A stretch of 52,130 nucleotides of DNA from Candidatus Curtissbacteria bacterium (GTDB taxonomy: Bacteria; Patescibacteriota; Microgenomatia; Curtissbacterales; GWA2-41-24). Where the stretch lies: assembly GCA_016187105.1 (NCBI GenBank), contig JACPKK010000001.1, forward strand, positions 1 to 52,130, read 5' to 3'. Below, one piece after another: positions 29,264-38,889 of this stretch (the first letter of the stretch is position 1; the number at the start of each line of letters is the position of its first letter). A model generated the notes under the pieces. That model was given only the letters and a program-made list of their open reading frames with translations, had not been told where the DNA came from and made no database searches. Both the position numbers and the translations under genes were made by a program.

Positions 29264-29337
29264 TGGCTGCGGAGCAGGGATTCGAACCCCAATACCATCC
29301 TCCAGAGGGATGTGTCCTACCGTTAGACGACTCCGCA
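29264..29337 (-). tRNA. tRNA-Gln(CTG); CCA encoded
   Basis: Acceptor stem TGCGGAG/CTCCGCA, anticodon arm CATCC-CTCTGGA-GGATG, T loop GGTTCGAATCC. Confidence 0.95.
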
Positions 29338-29393
29338 ATGCCCACAATTTTATCATTTTTGGGCTTTTCTAGGAAGCACTAAGGTAAAGATTT

Positions 29394-30521
29394 TTAGATA
29401 TTTTTAATTTTTTCCCAAGGGAACTGGTCCCTTCCGAAATGACCGTAGGCGGCAGTTTCCAGGTAAATCGGTCTTCTTAAATCCAACTCTTCGATTATGC
29501 CCCTGACAGAAGTATCGATTAATTTTTCAATAAAGCTTATAAGCACTTTTTGGGAAACACGGGCAGTGCCGAATGTTTCTACTTCCTGCATCAGAGGCTT
29601 TTTGGCGCCAATAAAATAGGCCAGACTAACTTCGGCTCGGGAGGCAAGTTTATGGGCGACAATGTTTTTGGCAATAAACCTTGCGGCGTACGCGCCGGAT
29701 CTATCTACTTTGGTCGGATCTTTACCGCTGAAACATCCGCCGCCAACCCGGGCGTAACCGCCGTATGTGTCAACGACGATCTTCCTGCCGGTCAGCCCGG
29801 AATCAGAAGCCGGACCGCCAATATGCCAAACCCCAGTCCCGTTAACAATGACCTTGTCTTTAGGAACTTCCAGCCCATAAGTTTCCAAGACTTTGCTGAC
29901 AACATATTTATATAAATCGGCTTTGACTTGCGTGAGCCTTACTTTTTGATCGTGAGGAACAGCAATGACGACTGTCGAAACGCCAACAGGCTTACCGTTT
30001 TTATACTCAACCGTTACCAGTGATTTGCCATCCGGCCTAAGATAGGGAATTGATTTACTTTTTCTCGCATCGTCGATTGCTTTGGTAATTTCGTGAGCGA
30101 GCGTTATCGGTAAAGGCATTAATGACTTAGTTTCGGTGCAAGCAAAACCGAACATGATTCCCTGATCACCGGCTCCGTCATTGTCAACGCCAGCGGCAAT
30201 TTGGGGTGATTGTCCAGATACATAAATTTCTATTGGTGACTGGTAAGTAAAATTAAAGCGCTTTTTAGTGTAGCCTAGGCTTTTAATTTGATTCCTGGAG
30301 ATATCTTCAAGGCTGATGCGGGCGCTGGTTGTCAGTTCGCCGACAATAATGAGTCTGTTTTTAGCAGCCATCGTCTCTATGGCCACACGGCCCTGCTGAT
30401 CTTGGGCCAACACTTCATCCAATATAGCGTCGCTTATCTGGTCACAAATTTTATCCGGATGACCGGCACAAACAGATTCGGAAGTAAAACTTGAGGATAA
30501 TTTTTGTCTTTTTGCGACCAT
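29394..30521 (-). CDS. metK: S-adenosylmethionine synthetase
   Basis: FTSESV..GHPDK, GAGDQG, PDGK, GLTGRK, GGGCFSGKDPTKVDRS and YGHFG. Confidence 0.97.
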   Translation of the reverse strand: MVAKRQKLSSSFTSESVCAGHPDKICDQISDAILDEVLAQDQQGRVAIETMAAKNRLIIVGELTTSARISLEDISRNQIKSLGYTKKRFNFTYQSPIEIYVSGQSPQIAAGVDNDGAGDQGIMFGFACTETKSLMPLPITLAHEITKAIDDARKSKSIPYLRPDGKSLVTVEYKNGKPVGVSTVVIAVPHDQKVRLTQVKADLYKYVVSKVLETYGLEVPKDKVIVNGTGVWHIGGPASDSGLTGRKIVVDTYGGYARVGGGCFSGKDPTKVDRSGAYAARFIAKNIVAHKLASRAEVSLAYFIGAKKPLMQEVETFGTARVSQKVLISFIEKLIDTSVRGIIEELDLRRPIYLETAAYGHFGRDQFPWEKIKNI

Positions 30522-30600
30522 ATCTACCTTTTAGGTACAGGCACCGTGGCTAAATTAGGCTCGGTTGCCGGTCCGCCGATGACGGACTCTCTTGATACAA
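30519..30600 (-). promoter_or_regulatory. Minimal SAM-I-superfamily riboswitch
   Basis: ATC-AAGAG, P2 GTCCGTC/GGCGGAC, P3 GGCAACCG/CGGTGCC, P4 TACCT/AGGTA, then GAT-ATG directly upstream of metK. Confidence 0.85.
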
Positions 30601-30655
30601 CAAAAAGATTAAAGCATACGGATGAGATTAATTCAAGACAAAATAGGGAAGCAGA

Positions 30656-31831
30656 TTAAAGCTTGAGCCCTAGAATTTGAGAACATTTGGAGATTAGCTC
30701 GCCGGAGCGGGGCTTTTTCGATTTTACCATTTTGGAAAGTGCCTCAATGGCCGCGGGAGTATTTAAATCATCGTCCATGGCTTTGAAAAAATCGGGGGCA
30801 AGTTTTTTCAGTTCGTTAATTTGCAAATTACCTCCCGCAGATTCCGACTCGAAAGTTTGGGCTAAGAGTTTGGCTCTTTCCAGCTCCTGCTCCTGATAAT
30901 CCCAAGGAGTGCGATAGTGATGCGAAAGGAGAAAAATCCTAATGGCATTTGGGGAATATTTTTTGAGAAGATCGCTAATAAATATCATGTTGCCCAATGA
31001 TTTACTCATTTTCTTGCCCTTACAATAAACCATGGCAGTATGCATCCAAACTTTTACAAATTTTTTGCCGGTTGCGTTTTCGCTTTGGGCAATTTCCGCT
31101 TCATGGTGGGGAAAAATTAAATCTTCTCCCCCGCCATGGATTGTTATGGTCGGGCCCAGATATTTCATGGACATAGCCGAACATTCAATATGCCAACCCG
31201 GTCTACCTTGGCCCCAAGGCGAATCCCAAGCCGGTTCAGCGGGTTTTTCTTTCTGCCAGAGGACAAAATCCAAAGGATCTTTTTTATTGGGGTCAAGGGG
31301 GAAATTACCGCGTTCATTGGCAATTTGCAGCATGGCGTTGTAATCGTATTTAGAAAGTTTGCCAAAGTTTTTATCGCTTGCTACTCTAAAATATACCGAA
31401 CCATTTTTCTCGTAAGATAGACCCTTTTTCAAAAGCACTCCAATGATTCGAATCATTGGAGTAATGTTTTTGGTAGCTTTGGGGAGGTAATCGGGACGAA
31501 GAAAATTGAGAGCGTCCAGATTGCGCAGATGGTTTTGTGTTTCGAGACGACCTAATTTTTGCCAATTAACTTTGAGCGATTTAGCTTTTATTAAAATATC
31601 GTCATCAATATCGGTAACGTTTTGGACATAGGTAACTTTGGCACCTAAAAACCTTAAATATCTCGTTAAAACATCGTAAGTTATAAACGTAAAAGCATGC
31701 CCGAGATGAGTTGTATCGTACGGCGTGATTCCGCAGACATAAATGCCCACGGGTTTTGCAAGGTCAATAATATCTTTCTTGCCACTTAAGGTATTTGTAA
31801 TTTTCACCGGTGATTTATTTTTTAAGGACAA
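30656..31831 (-). CDS. MshC-like cysteine ligase (short CysRS paralog without the anticodon-binding domain)
   Basis: YVCGITPYDTTHLGHA, YVQNVTDIDD, GRPGWHIECS, FPHHE and KMSKS; 391 aa, ending just after DDDLNTP. Confidence 0.75.
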   Translation of the reverse strand: MSLKNKSPVKITNTLSGKKDIIDLAKPVGIYVCGITPYDTTHLGHAFTFITYDVLTRYLRFLGAKVTYVQNVTDIDDDILIKAKSLKVNWQKLGRLETQNHLRNLDALNFLRPDYLPKATKNITPMIRIIGVLLKKGLSYEKNGSVYFRVASDKNFGKLSKYDYNAMLQIANERGNFPLDPNKKDPLDFVLWQKEKPAEPAWDSPWGQGRPGWHIECSAMSMKYLGPTITIHGGGEDLIFPHHEAEIAQSENATGKKFVKVWMHTAMVYCKGKKMSKSLGNMIFISDLLKKYSPNAIRIFLLSHHYRTPWDYQEQELERAKLLAQTFESESAGGNLQINELKKLAPDFFKAMDDDLNTPAAIEALSKMVKSKKPRSGELISKCSQILGLKL

Positions 31832-32492
31832 GGAAATATTCTTCTTTGGGAAATTTTTGACGCATTGCGAGGATTCTTTTGGCGTCTTGAATTTGCGATT
31901 TGTGGGCCATCATCGCCTTGATTTTCGTTTCCCAAACGTCGGTAACTTTGACAATTTTAGCAATTTCGCTTCTTTTGTAGCCCGGCGGAAAATAGATGAA
32001 ATAATTATCGCTTATTGTGTTTCTCATTTTGTCGGTGATGCAGTGATAAAGAATTGTTTTAACAAACGGCAACTTTTGGCAGACGAAGCTTGTGGCCATA
32101 GAGACAGTAATATGGTCGATATGGCCGGAAACGCCCCTTGGCTCAAAGGTGATGACGGTTTGCGGTTTTAAGCGCTTGAGGTGAACTTCGATTTTTGCGG
32201 CAAGCTCGTGATAAAGAGAATTTGAGAGCGTACCGTCGACAAAGGCTAGAAAATAGACTTTTTTAACGCCCAATATTTTGGCAGACGGCCTTAATTCCCT
32301 TTCCCTGGTTTTGCCTAAATTTTTGTGATTGCCGGAATTTTTCCCAGCTTCTCCCTTAGTGGCACAGAGGAGATAAACGTCGTGAGTCTTGGTAAATTTA
32401 TGGATGGTTCCAGAAGGACCAAAGGCTTCATCGTCGGGATGGGCGAGGACGGCAACGACTGTTTTTCTACTTTTTCTTTTTTGCAAGCTCAC
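31815..32492 (-). CDS. PIG-L/LmbE family N-acetylglucosaminyl deacetylase (MshB/BshB-like)
   Basis: AHPDDE, ATKGEAG, R..EL, G..GHIDH and AHKSQ. Confidence 0.88.
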   Translation of the reverse strand: MSLQKRKSRKTVVAVLAHPDDEAFGPSGTIHKFTKTHDVYLLCATKGEAGKNSGNHKNLGKTRERELRPSAKILGVKKVYFLAFVDGTLSNSLYHELAAKIEVHLKRLKPQTVITFEPRGVSGHIDHITVSMATSFVCQKLPFVKTILYHCITDKMRNTISDNYFIYFPPGYKRSEIAKIVKVTDVWETKIKAMMAHKSQIQDAKRILAMRQKFPKEEYFLVLKK

Positions 32493-33789
32493 TTACCCTT
32501 TCTAATGTTTCCTCTTTTCCGATAATGCTCACTGACTCTGGTAACGGCGGAGTAACAAGATTTCCAAATGTAGCAACACCTAAACTCCTGTATAGATCTT
32601 TTGTTTCTACGCTATGCACTCTTGCGAATTCTGCTGTTCCTGCCCGTATCATGTCAGGATTCCAATCAATCTTTTCTAAGTCTTTTGCATATTGACTAAT
32701 AGTCGCTCCAGAGAGGGGGGCGGCTTTGATTACAGGATTGGTCAAGGGTGGCTTTTTATAGAATGAATCAGCCAATTTGGGAAAATCAGCTATTGATCCT
32801 ATTCGTCCTTGTACCAGCGGTATCACGCTCAACGTTACTTTCGAAGCATATGCATGAGGGAATTTGTCATTCAGTTTTTTATAAAAATCGTTTGGCGATA
32901 GTTTTTTCAACCACTGTTGATTGAACCATTGCAGTTTTTCCAAGTTAAAAATCGGGCTGTTTTTGTTGAGGCGGTCGAGCGAGAATTCACTGACCAGCTC
33001 ATCCAGAGTAAACAGCTCCCTGTCGCCTTTCGGGGCCCAGCCCAAAAGCGCTAAAAAGTTAACGATCGCTTCCGGCAGATATCCTTCTTCGACGTACTCG
33101 ATGACGGATTTTGCGCCGCCTCTCTTGGAAAGTTTTGTGTGGCCTGACCCGAGAATCGGCGGGAGGTGGACGAAATGGGGATGCTTCCATCCAAACGCTT
33201 CGTAAAGAAGAAGGTGTTTCGGTGTTGAAGAAATCCATTCATCACCGCGCATGACGTGGGAAATTTCTAAATCGTGGTCATCGACGACAGAAGCAAAATG
33301 ATAAGTGGGGAAACCGTCGGATTTTACGATTACAAAATCTTCGATAACGTCTGAAGAAAACTTAACCGGCCCATGAACAACATCATTCCAAGTAAGATTT
33401 TTACCTTTTTCGACTTTGAAGCGCCAGGCGCCTTGATCTTCGTAAGCAAGTTTCTTAACTTTGAGAATCTCGAGGTGCTTATTGTAGATGTCGAGCCGTT
33501 TTGATTGGTGTTCTTCTTCATCCCATTTTAGATTAAGCAGAATAAGGCTTTCTTTTATTTTGTCTACGGATTCGGGAACGAGACGGGCACGATCGGTATC
33601 CTCGATACGCAGCAAAAACTCTCCGCCTTGGTTTTTAGCAAAAAGGTAGTTAAAAAGGGCGGTACGAATATTGCCAATATGGGGAATTCCGGTTGGCGAA
33701 GGGGCGTATCGAACACGAATCCCTCGACCCTTCGACGAACTCAGGGTCTCGATGACTCGACTTCGCTCGGAACCAATGGCTTTAGACAT
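32467..33789 (-). CDS. gltX: Glutamate--tRNA ligase (short form, repeat-derived N-terminal extension)
   Basis: RYAPSPTG.PHIG, LRIEDTD, PTYHFASVVDD, RGDEW and KLSKR. Confidence 0.95.
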   Translation of the reverse strand: MSKAIGSERSRVIETLSSSKGRGIRVRYAPSPTGIPHIGNIRTALFNYLFAKNQGGEFLLRIEDTDRARLVPESVDKIKESLILLNLKWDEEEHQSKRLDIYNKHLEILKVKKLAYEDQGAWRFKVEKGKNLTWNDVVHGPVKFSSDVIEDFVIVKSDGFPTYHFASVVDDHDLEISHVMRGDEWISSTPKHLLLYEAFGWKHPHFVHLPPILGSGHTKLSKRGGAKSVIEYVEEGYLPEAIVNFLALLGWAPKGDRELFTLDELVSEFSLDRLNKNSPIFNLEKLQWFNQQWLKKLSPNDFYKKLNDKFPHAYASKVTLSVIPLVQGRIGSIADFPKLADSFYKKPPLTNPVIKAAPLSGATISQYAKDLEKIDWNPDMIRAGTAEFARVHSVETKDLYRSLGVATFGNLVTPPLPESVSIIGKEETLERVSELAKKKK

Positions 33790-33808
33790 GTTAGAATTGT
33801 ATCACTGG

Positions 33809-34807
33809 ATGGTTACTCTAACCAAGTTTGCTTATTTTTTCAAAAAAGGATCAGTTTGGGCCGCTTTGGGGCTGGCGATTATAGCGCTTCTTTTGATAAT
33901 AGCGGCGTTTGGCAAAAATATTAGGACTCTGGTCTTTGAGCCAAAGGCGCTTCCTGCATCGGTAGCATTCGGGAAATTGCCAAAGATCGATTTTTCGGAA
34001 GGGGTTAAACCGCAAGGAAGGATAACTTACAAGCTTGAAACAATTAGCGGCGATTTGCCAAAATTGCCCGGAACGGCAAAAGTTTTTGCAATTAGGTCGG
34101 AAGGTTTATCTTTTGGCCGGATTGAAGATATTAAAAGGAGGGCACAACAACTCGGTTTTAACAATCAGCCAAATATTACACCCGGCGGATTTTTAAGTTT
34201 TGTTGACCCTAATGACAATAAAAGGTTTCTTAGCATGTACGATACGAACGGCAGTATCTCGTACGTCATAATTCTAAATAATCAAGAGATGGCGGCGGTT
34301 CAAAAGCCAAAAAACAGTCAGGATGCGCTTCGGCTTGCCTTAGATTTCCTATCCAAATTAAATTTAAACCGCAATGAGTTTCCTAATAGTAAAGATGTAA
34401 ATTCGCAGGCGGACGCGAATTTGGTGAGAGTGAATTTTTATAGAGCAGATTTAGATAAATTACCCGTTTTGCCAATGCTTCAAGATCCAGCAAAGGGTAA
34501 GGTCTGGGTATTGATTGGGAATGATAAAGTCCTTGCAGCAAAGATGGAAATCTATAATCTTGAAAGGTTTACGTTTGCCACCTATCCGCTGAAGGGAGTT
34601 GCTAAAGCATATGAAGAGCTGCAAAATGGCCAAGGGGTGTTTAACACGAGTCCCGACTTGGACACTATGGAAATAACGAGCGTTGGCTTGGGTTACGTTG
34701 AAAGCAGTAAAACAGATGGTTTTTTAGAACCGGTTTATATTTTCGGCACCTTGGGAAATCTGAAAGCGTTTGTTAGTGCGGTTGATGATTCCTGGATTTC
34801 TAAGTAG
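33809..34807 (+). CDS. Hypothetical membrane-anchored exported protein
   Basis: N-terminal TM helix then a soluble domain. The start was moved to ATG 33809 to avoid overlap with gltX. Confidence 0.7.
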   Translation: MVTLTKFAYFFKKGSVWAALGLAIIALLLIIAAFGKNIRTLVFEPKALPASVAFGKLPKIDFSEGVKPQGRITYKLETISGDLPKLPGTAKVFAIRSEGLSFGRIEDIKRRAQQLGFNNQPNITPGGFLSFVDPNDNKRFLSMYDTNGSISYVIILNNQEMAAVQKPKNSQDALRLALDFLSKLNLNRNEFPNSKDVNSQADANLVRVNFYRADLDKLPVLPMLQDPAKGKVWVLIGNDKVLAAKMEIYNLERFTFATYPLKGVAKAYEELQNGQGVFNTSPDLDTMEITSVGLGYVESSKTDGFLEPVYIFGTLGNLKAFVSAVDDSWISK

Positions 34808-34813
34808 GCCTCG

Positions 34814-35725
34814 CTAGGGTGAAATCCAATTGTGATTTTCGAAAGCCCAATCGATAAGCAAGCGGGTTTCGCCGAAGCGATCTTGAGACCCCAGTACGAC
34901 TATAATAATTGTGTTGCCGCTACGGGTGACTTTCGTGACTAGATTTTCAAGCGACCCTTCGGTTTGGCCTGTTTTAACTCCTTCAACGCCGGGGACTGTT
35001 CCCAGAAGCTCGTTAATATTCTCAAGATAATAGGGTTTGGTAGCGGTAGCGTCGGTTACAACAATACTTCTGGTGGCCACGATTTTGGAAATTAGAGGAT
35101 TGGCAACTGCGGCACGAGATAATTTTGTGAGATCGCGGGCAGTTGAGTATTGGAATTTGCTGTCAAAACCGGCGGGGTTTTCAAAATGGGTACTTAGCAT
35201 GCCAAGATTTTTGGCCTTTTTATTCATCTGGGCGATAAAATCCCGATACGAATCGGTGCATGAATAAGCCAGTACGAAAGCGGCGTCATTGGCGGAAGGA
35301 ACCAAAAGTCCGTAAAGTAAACTTTCGATAGTCAGAGTGTCGCCCGCGACAAGGCCCATTTTTGTCCCTTCCGGTTCAACATAGCCTACCTGAACTACCT
35401 GTTGAGGAAGACAATGTTCTAGGGAAACTAGGGCCGTCATGAGTTTTGTGGTTGATGCAGGCAGGTGCTTAAGATCCGGATTTTTTTCAAAAAGAATCAC
35501 GCCGGTTTTATTATCGATAACTGTAGCTGCCTGGGCGGTGAGGTCGGGAGCATTTTTAAAGCTTGAAACAGCAACCGGGTAAGGTTCAAGCTGCGAGGAA
35601 TCGGAGACATCAATTTTTTGAATCGTTTTTGTAAAGGGAAAAGTACGGGAATATTGCGGCAGGATAAAAAAAGAGGCCGCGATAGCCAGAATTAAGGCCG
35701 CAATAAAAATTTGGGGCAGTTTCAC
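34814..35725 (-). CDS. D-alanyl-D-alanine carboxypeptidase, family S11
   Basis: ASTTK (SxxK), SAND (SxN) and KTG. Confidence 0.92.
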   Translation of the reverse strand: MKLPQIFIAALILAIAASFFILPQYSRTFPFTKTIQKIDVSDSSQLEPYPVAVSSFKNAPDLTAQAATVIDNKTGVILFEKNPDLKHLPASTTKLMTALVSLEHCLPQQVVQVGYVEPEGTKMGLVAGDTLTIESLLYGLLVPSANDAAFVLAYSCTDSYRDFIAQMNKKAKNLGMLSTHFENPAGFDSKFQYSTARDLTKLSRAAVANPLISKIVATRSIVVTDATATKPYYLENINELLGTVPGVEGVKTGQTEGSLENLVTKVTRSGNTIIIVVLGSQDRFGETRLLIDWAFENHNWISP

Positions 35726-37059
35726 TTTGGTTTTTCAACTTTGGACAGGCGAATATCTACCCTATCCATATCCCTTGGGAACAGTGACGCTTCGCGGATA
35801 TTGGAAAGACCTAAAATATTCATGGTTATTCTTTCTGCGCCGAATGAAAATCCGCCTTCCGGCGGCATACCGTATTTAAAGGCCATAAGATACATCTCAA
35901 AATCACCAGGGTTCATTCCCCGACTTTTTATACTTGCTAACAACTCTCCATAATCATTAATTCTTTGACTACCGCTTGCGACTTCAACACCCCTGAAAAG
36001 GAGATCGTAACTTAAAGATAACTTAGGATTTTCGGAATCCGGCTCGGTGTAAAACGGTTTGGCGGCAGTTGGAAAATGGGTAACGGTGACAAAATCGCTT
36101 TTGTGAATTCCTGCTGCCCACCTGCAAAGATCGGTCTCGTCTTGCGGCGTCAGATCTTTTTCCTTGGTGTTGTCCCTTTTAAATTCTTTTTTAATGATTT
36201 CTTGAGCTTCGCGCAGTGTAAGTCTGGGGATTTTGCCAAATGCTATCTTTTTATGACCTAATGAATCTAGATCTTCTTTCGACTCGCTTTCGGCGTACTT
36301 TATTGTTTGGCAGGCAACTTTTTCCAAAAGATCCAAAAGGTCGTTAAAATCTACAAAACCAATCTCGCAATCCATTTGGGTGACTTCTGACAAATGTCTT
36401 GTGGTCACCGAAGGCTCGGCACGATATGCTTTGGTCACGGTAAAGACTCTTTCAAAAACGGGGATAAGCATCTGTTTGTAAAGCTGGGGGCTTTGGGTAA
36501 GGTATGCACTGCGGCCGTAGTAATCGACTTTAAAAACTTCTGCCCCGCCTTCGGTTGCGGAGACGGCGATGGTGGGGATAACTATTTCGGTGCAACCTAT
36601 TTCTTGTGCGGCAATTCTGAAGCCTTCTAAAACTTTCGCCTGGACTTTAAAGATTGCTTTAACTTTGGGGTGCCGCAGTGTCAGAGACCGAAAATCCAGA
36701 AGGGTCGGCAGTTCCAGGCCGAGAGTTTCTGCGCCCATATCAAAAGGCAGCTCTTGAGATTTTGCTAACACTTCCAGTTTGTGACTTTTTATCTCTATCT
36801 CGCCTGTTTTAATCTTTTTGTTAACCATTTGCGGCGGACGTTTTTGCACGGTGCCTTCAACCTTGACGACGTATTGGGGCTTGAGCGATGCGATTGCTTC
36901 CCCGGCGCCTACGATCTGGACTGTACCAGTGTAGTCATGAACGTCTATAAAAGTTATTTTTCCATGATCACGTTTGGTATCCACCCAGCCCGAGATTTCG
37001 ACTTTCTCCCCAATCTTTTTGGAAGTGTCAGCGATTAAAGTCCTTTGCATAGTTTGCAT
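35722..37059 (-). CDS. aspS: Aspartate--tRNA ligase, short archaeal-type (probably non-discriminating)
   Basis: OB fold with GWV...RDHG, TEGGA, QSPQLYKQ, YRAE...T.RHL.E and GMPPEGGFSFGAER. Confidence 0.92.
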   Translation of the reverse strand: MQTMQRTLIADTSKKIGEKVEISGWVDTKRDHGKITFIDVHDYTGTVQIVGAGEAIASLKPQYVVKVEGTVQKRPPQMVNKKIKTGEIEIKSHKLEVLAKSQELPFDMGAETLGLELPTLLDFRSLTLRHPKVKAIFKVQAKVLEGFRIAAQEIGCTEIVIPTIAVSATEGGAEVFKVDYYGRSAYLTQSPQLYKQMLIPVFERVFTVTKAYRAEPSVTTRHLSEVTQMDCEIGFVDFNDLLDLLEKVACQTIKYAESESKEDLDSLGHKKIAFGKIPRLTLREAQEIIKKEFKRDNTKEKDLTPQDETDLCRWAAGIHKSDFVTVTHFPTAAKPFYTEPDSENPKLSLSYDLLFRGVEVASGSQRINDYGELLASIKSRGMNPGDFEMYLMAFKYGMPPEGGFSFGAERITMNILGLSNIREASLFPRDMDRVDIRLSKVEKPK

Positions 37060-37088
37060 AGCTTGATTCTAACTTATTGATTCTTCGT

Positions 37089-37212
37089 TGTCATTCTGGG
37101 GACGAGCGGAGCGAGGACTCCAGAATCAAATCTATTCAGATTCTGGACGAGCCCTTCGATTACACTCAGGGCAGTTGAAGGGCAGTGAGTTATATCGAAC
37201 TGCCAGAATGAC
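37089..37212 (+). repeat. REP half plus copy 3 of the 74-bp element (37139-37212)
   Basis: tgtcattctgg...ccagaatc followed by gattctggacgagccc...gccagaatgac. Confidence 0.92.
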
Positions 37213-37244
37213 GGAAAGGTTTTCGATACTTTTTCATTGTAGTC

Positions 37245-38873
37245 CTAATTTTTAATTTTTAGGTCTTTGAGTTTCAGCTGAAGGCCGCCATTTCCTGCGT
37301 ATCTATCCTCGGCGATATTGTAAACCAGGTCGACTAAATAGCCGGGGCGAAGATTGGCGCCGAGTGCGCCCATATTAAAACCGATTGCCGAGAAGCCGTT
37401 TGCCTGAAGCTTGAGGTGGTCGTTTGCGGCACCAACAGTGCGTACATCTTCAAGGAGCATATTTTTTGTTAGAAAAATTGGATGGGGATTAGCTACTCCG
37501 AAGGGCTCGAATAATTTGATTTGTTTAAGCGCGTGGTTATTGATGTCGGCTGTTTCGAGTTGACATTCGATCTCAACTTGCGGCGTCAAAAGTTCTTCGG
37601 TAATTAAGCTTCTCGAATGCTTATTAATTTTTGCGGAGAACGCTTCGATATGCCTTGTCTCGATGGTAAAACCGGCCGCCATCGGATGGCCGCCGGCATC
37701 GACTAAAAATTCGCTGGAGGCGCGGATGGCTTCGACGATGTTAAAGCCAGGAATGGAACGGGCAGAGCCTTTGGAATAAACTTCTCCTTTGGCTATGACA
37801 ATCATCGGCTTTTTGTACGTTTCGACCAGCCGCGATGCCACAAGACCGATAATGCCTTCGTGCCAATCGACGCTGGCTATGACGCCGACGACATGATCTT
37901 CGTGAATAAAGGTCAGCGCATGGGAAATTGCCTTGGTTGTCAGGTCTTGCCTTTTGGTGTTGGTTTTGGAAAGCAGCTGGGCAAGCGTGTCTGCTTGGGA
38001 TTGACTTTTAGCACAAAGAAGGCGCAAAGAATCTAAGCCGTGTTCGATTCGGCCCATGGCGTTAATGCGCGGAGCCAGAATGTGGCCGATTTCGTAAGTA
38101 CCAACTGAACCGTTAATATGAGATGCGCGAATTAGGGCTTTGATACCGGGCCTTTTGGTTTTAGCCATTTTTTCAAGGCCGATTTTGACAATAGCCCGAC
38201 TGCCACCTGAAAGCGGGACAAGATCGGCAATGGTGGCAAGGGCAGCCAGTTCTAATTTTTCCAGAAGTTTTTCGTGATAATCCTTTTTTAGCTTTTTTAC
38301 TATCTCCCAAGCAAAACGCCAAGAAACGCCGGCGCCGCAGAGATCGAGTGAGTGGACAAGGGCATAAGGTTTTGGAGGTTTTTGGGGCAAAGTGTGATGA
38401 TCGGTTATAACAACATCGACGCCCAGGCTTTTGGCGTGCTCTACCTGCTCGAGCGCGGTAACACCATGATCAACGGTGATGATTAGCGTGACTCCATCTT
38501 TGGCAAGATTTGAAATAGCCGGTTTGGACAAGCCGTAACCTTCTTTAATCCTGTGAGGAACATACGGCATGACGTCGGCACCCAGGTCGTAGAGTGTTTC
38601 CCAGAGGATTGCTGTTGCAGAAATGCCATCGGCATCGTAATCGGAATAGACAATAATTTTCTCTTTGTTAATTATGGCGTCGATAACCCTTTTGACGCCT
38701 TTTTCTGTTTGAGAAAGTTTGACGGTTAGGATTTGGTCGAGCGTCGGATTTAAGAAATCGTGCAGTTTTTGTGGCGTTACAAGTCCCCTATTTTTGGCCA
38801 GGGTTTTTGTTAACCATACGCTTCCAGTTTTGTTAGGATTTTTCTCTTTGACCTTCCAAACCGTATCGTTCAT
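37245..38873 (-). CDS. recJ: Single-stranded DNA exonuclease RecJ
   Basis: DYDADG, TVDHG, TDHH, ATIADLVPL, PRINAMGR, GSARS and GGHPMAAG. Confidence 0.96.
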   Translation of the reverse strand: MNDTVWKVKEKNPNKTGSVWLTKTLAKNRGLVTPQKLHDFLNPTLDQILTVKLSQTEKGVKRVIDAIINKEKIIVYSDYDADGISATAILWETLYDLGADVMPYVPHRIKEGYGLSKPAISNLAKDGVTLIITVDHGVTALEQVEHAKSLGVDVVITDHHTLPQKPPKPYALVHSLDLCGAGVSWRFAWEIVKKLKKDYHEKLLEKLELAALATIADLVPLSGGSRAIVKIGLEKMAKTKRPGIKALIRASHINGSVGTYEIGHILAPRINAMGRIEHGLDSLRLLCAKSQSQADTLAQLLSKTNTKRQDLTTKAISHALTFIHEDHVVGVIASVDWHEGIIGLVASRLVETYKKPMIVIAKGEVYSKGSARSIPGFNIVEAIRASSEFLVDAGGHPMAAGFTIETRHIEAFSAKINKHSRSLITEELLTPQVEIECQLETADINNHALKQIKLFEPFGVANPHPIFLTKNMLLEDVRTVGAANDHLKLQANGFSAIGFNMGALGANLRPGYLVDLVYNIAEDRYAGNGGLQLKLKDLKIKN

Positions 38874-38889
38874 CAAGCCATTTTAGCAA

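Noticed and set aside
5436..37212. 74-bp repeats as a CRISPR array
   Set aside because: The copies are 8-23 kb apart, with no repeat-spacer periodicity and no cas genes.
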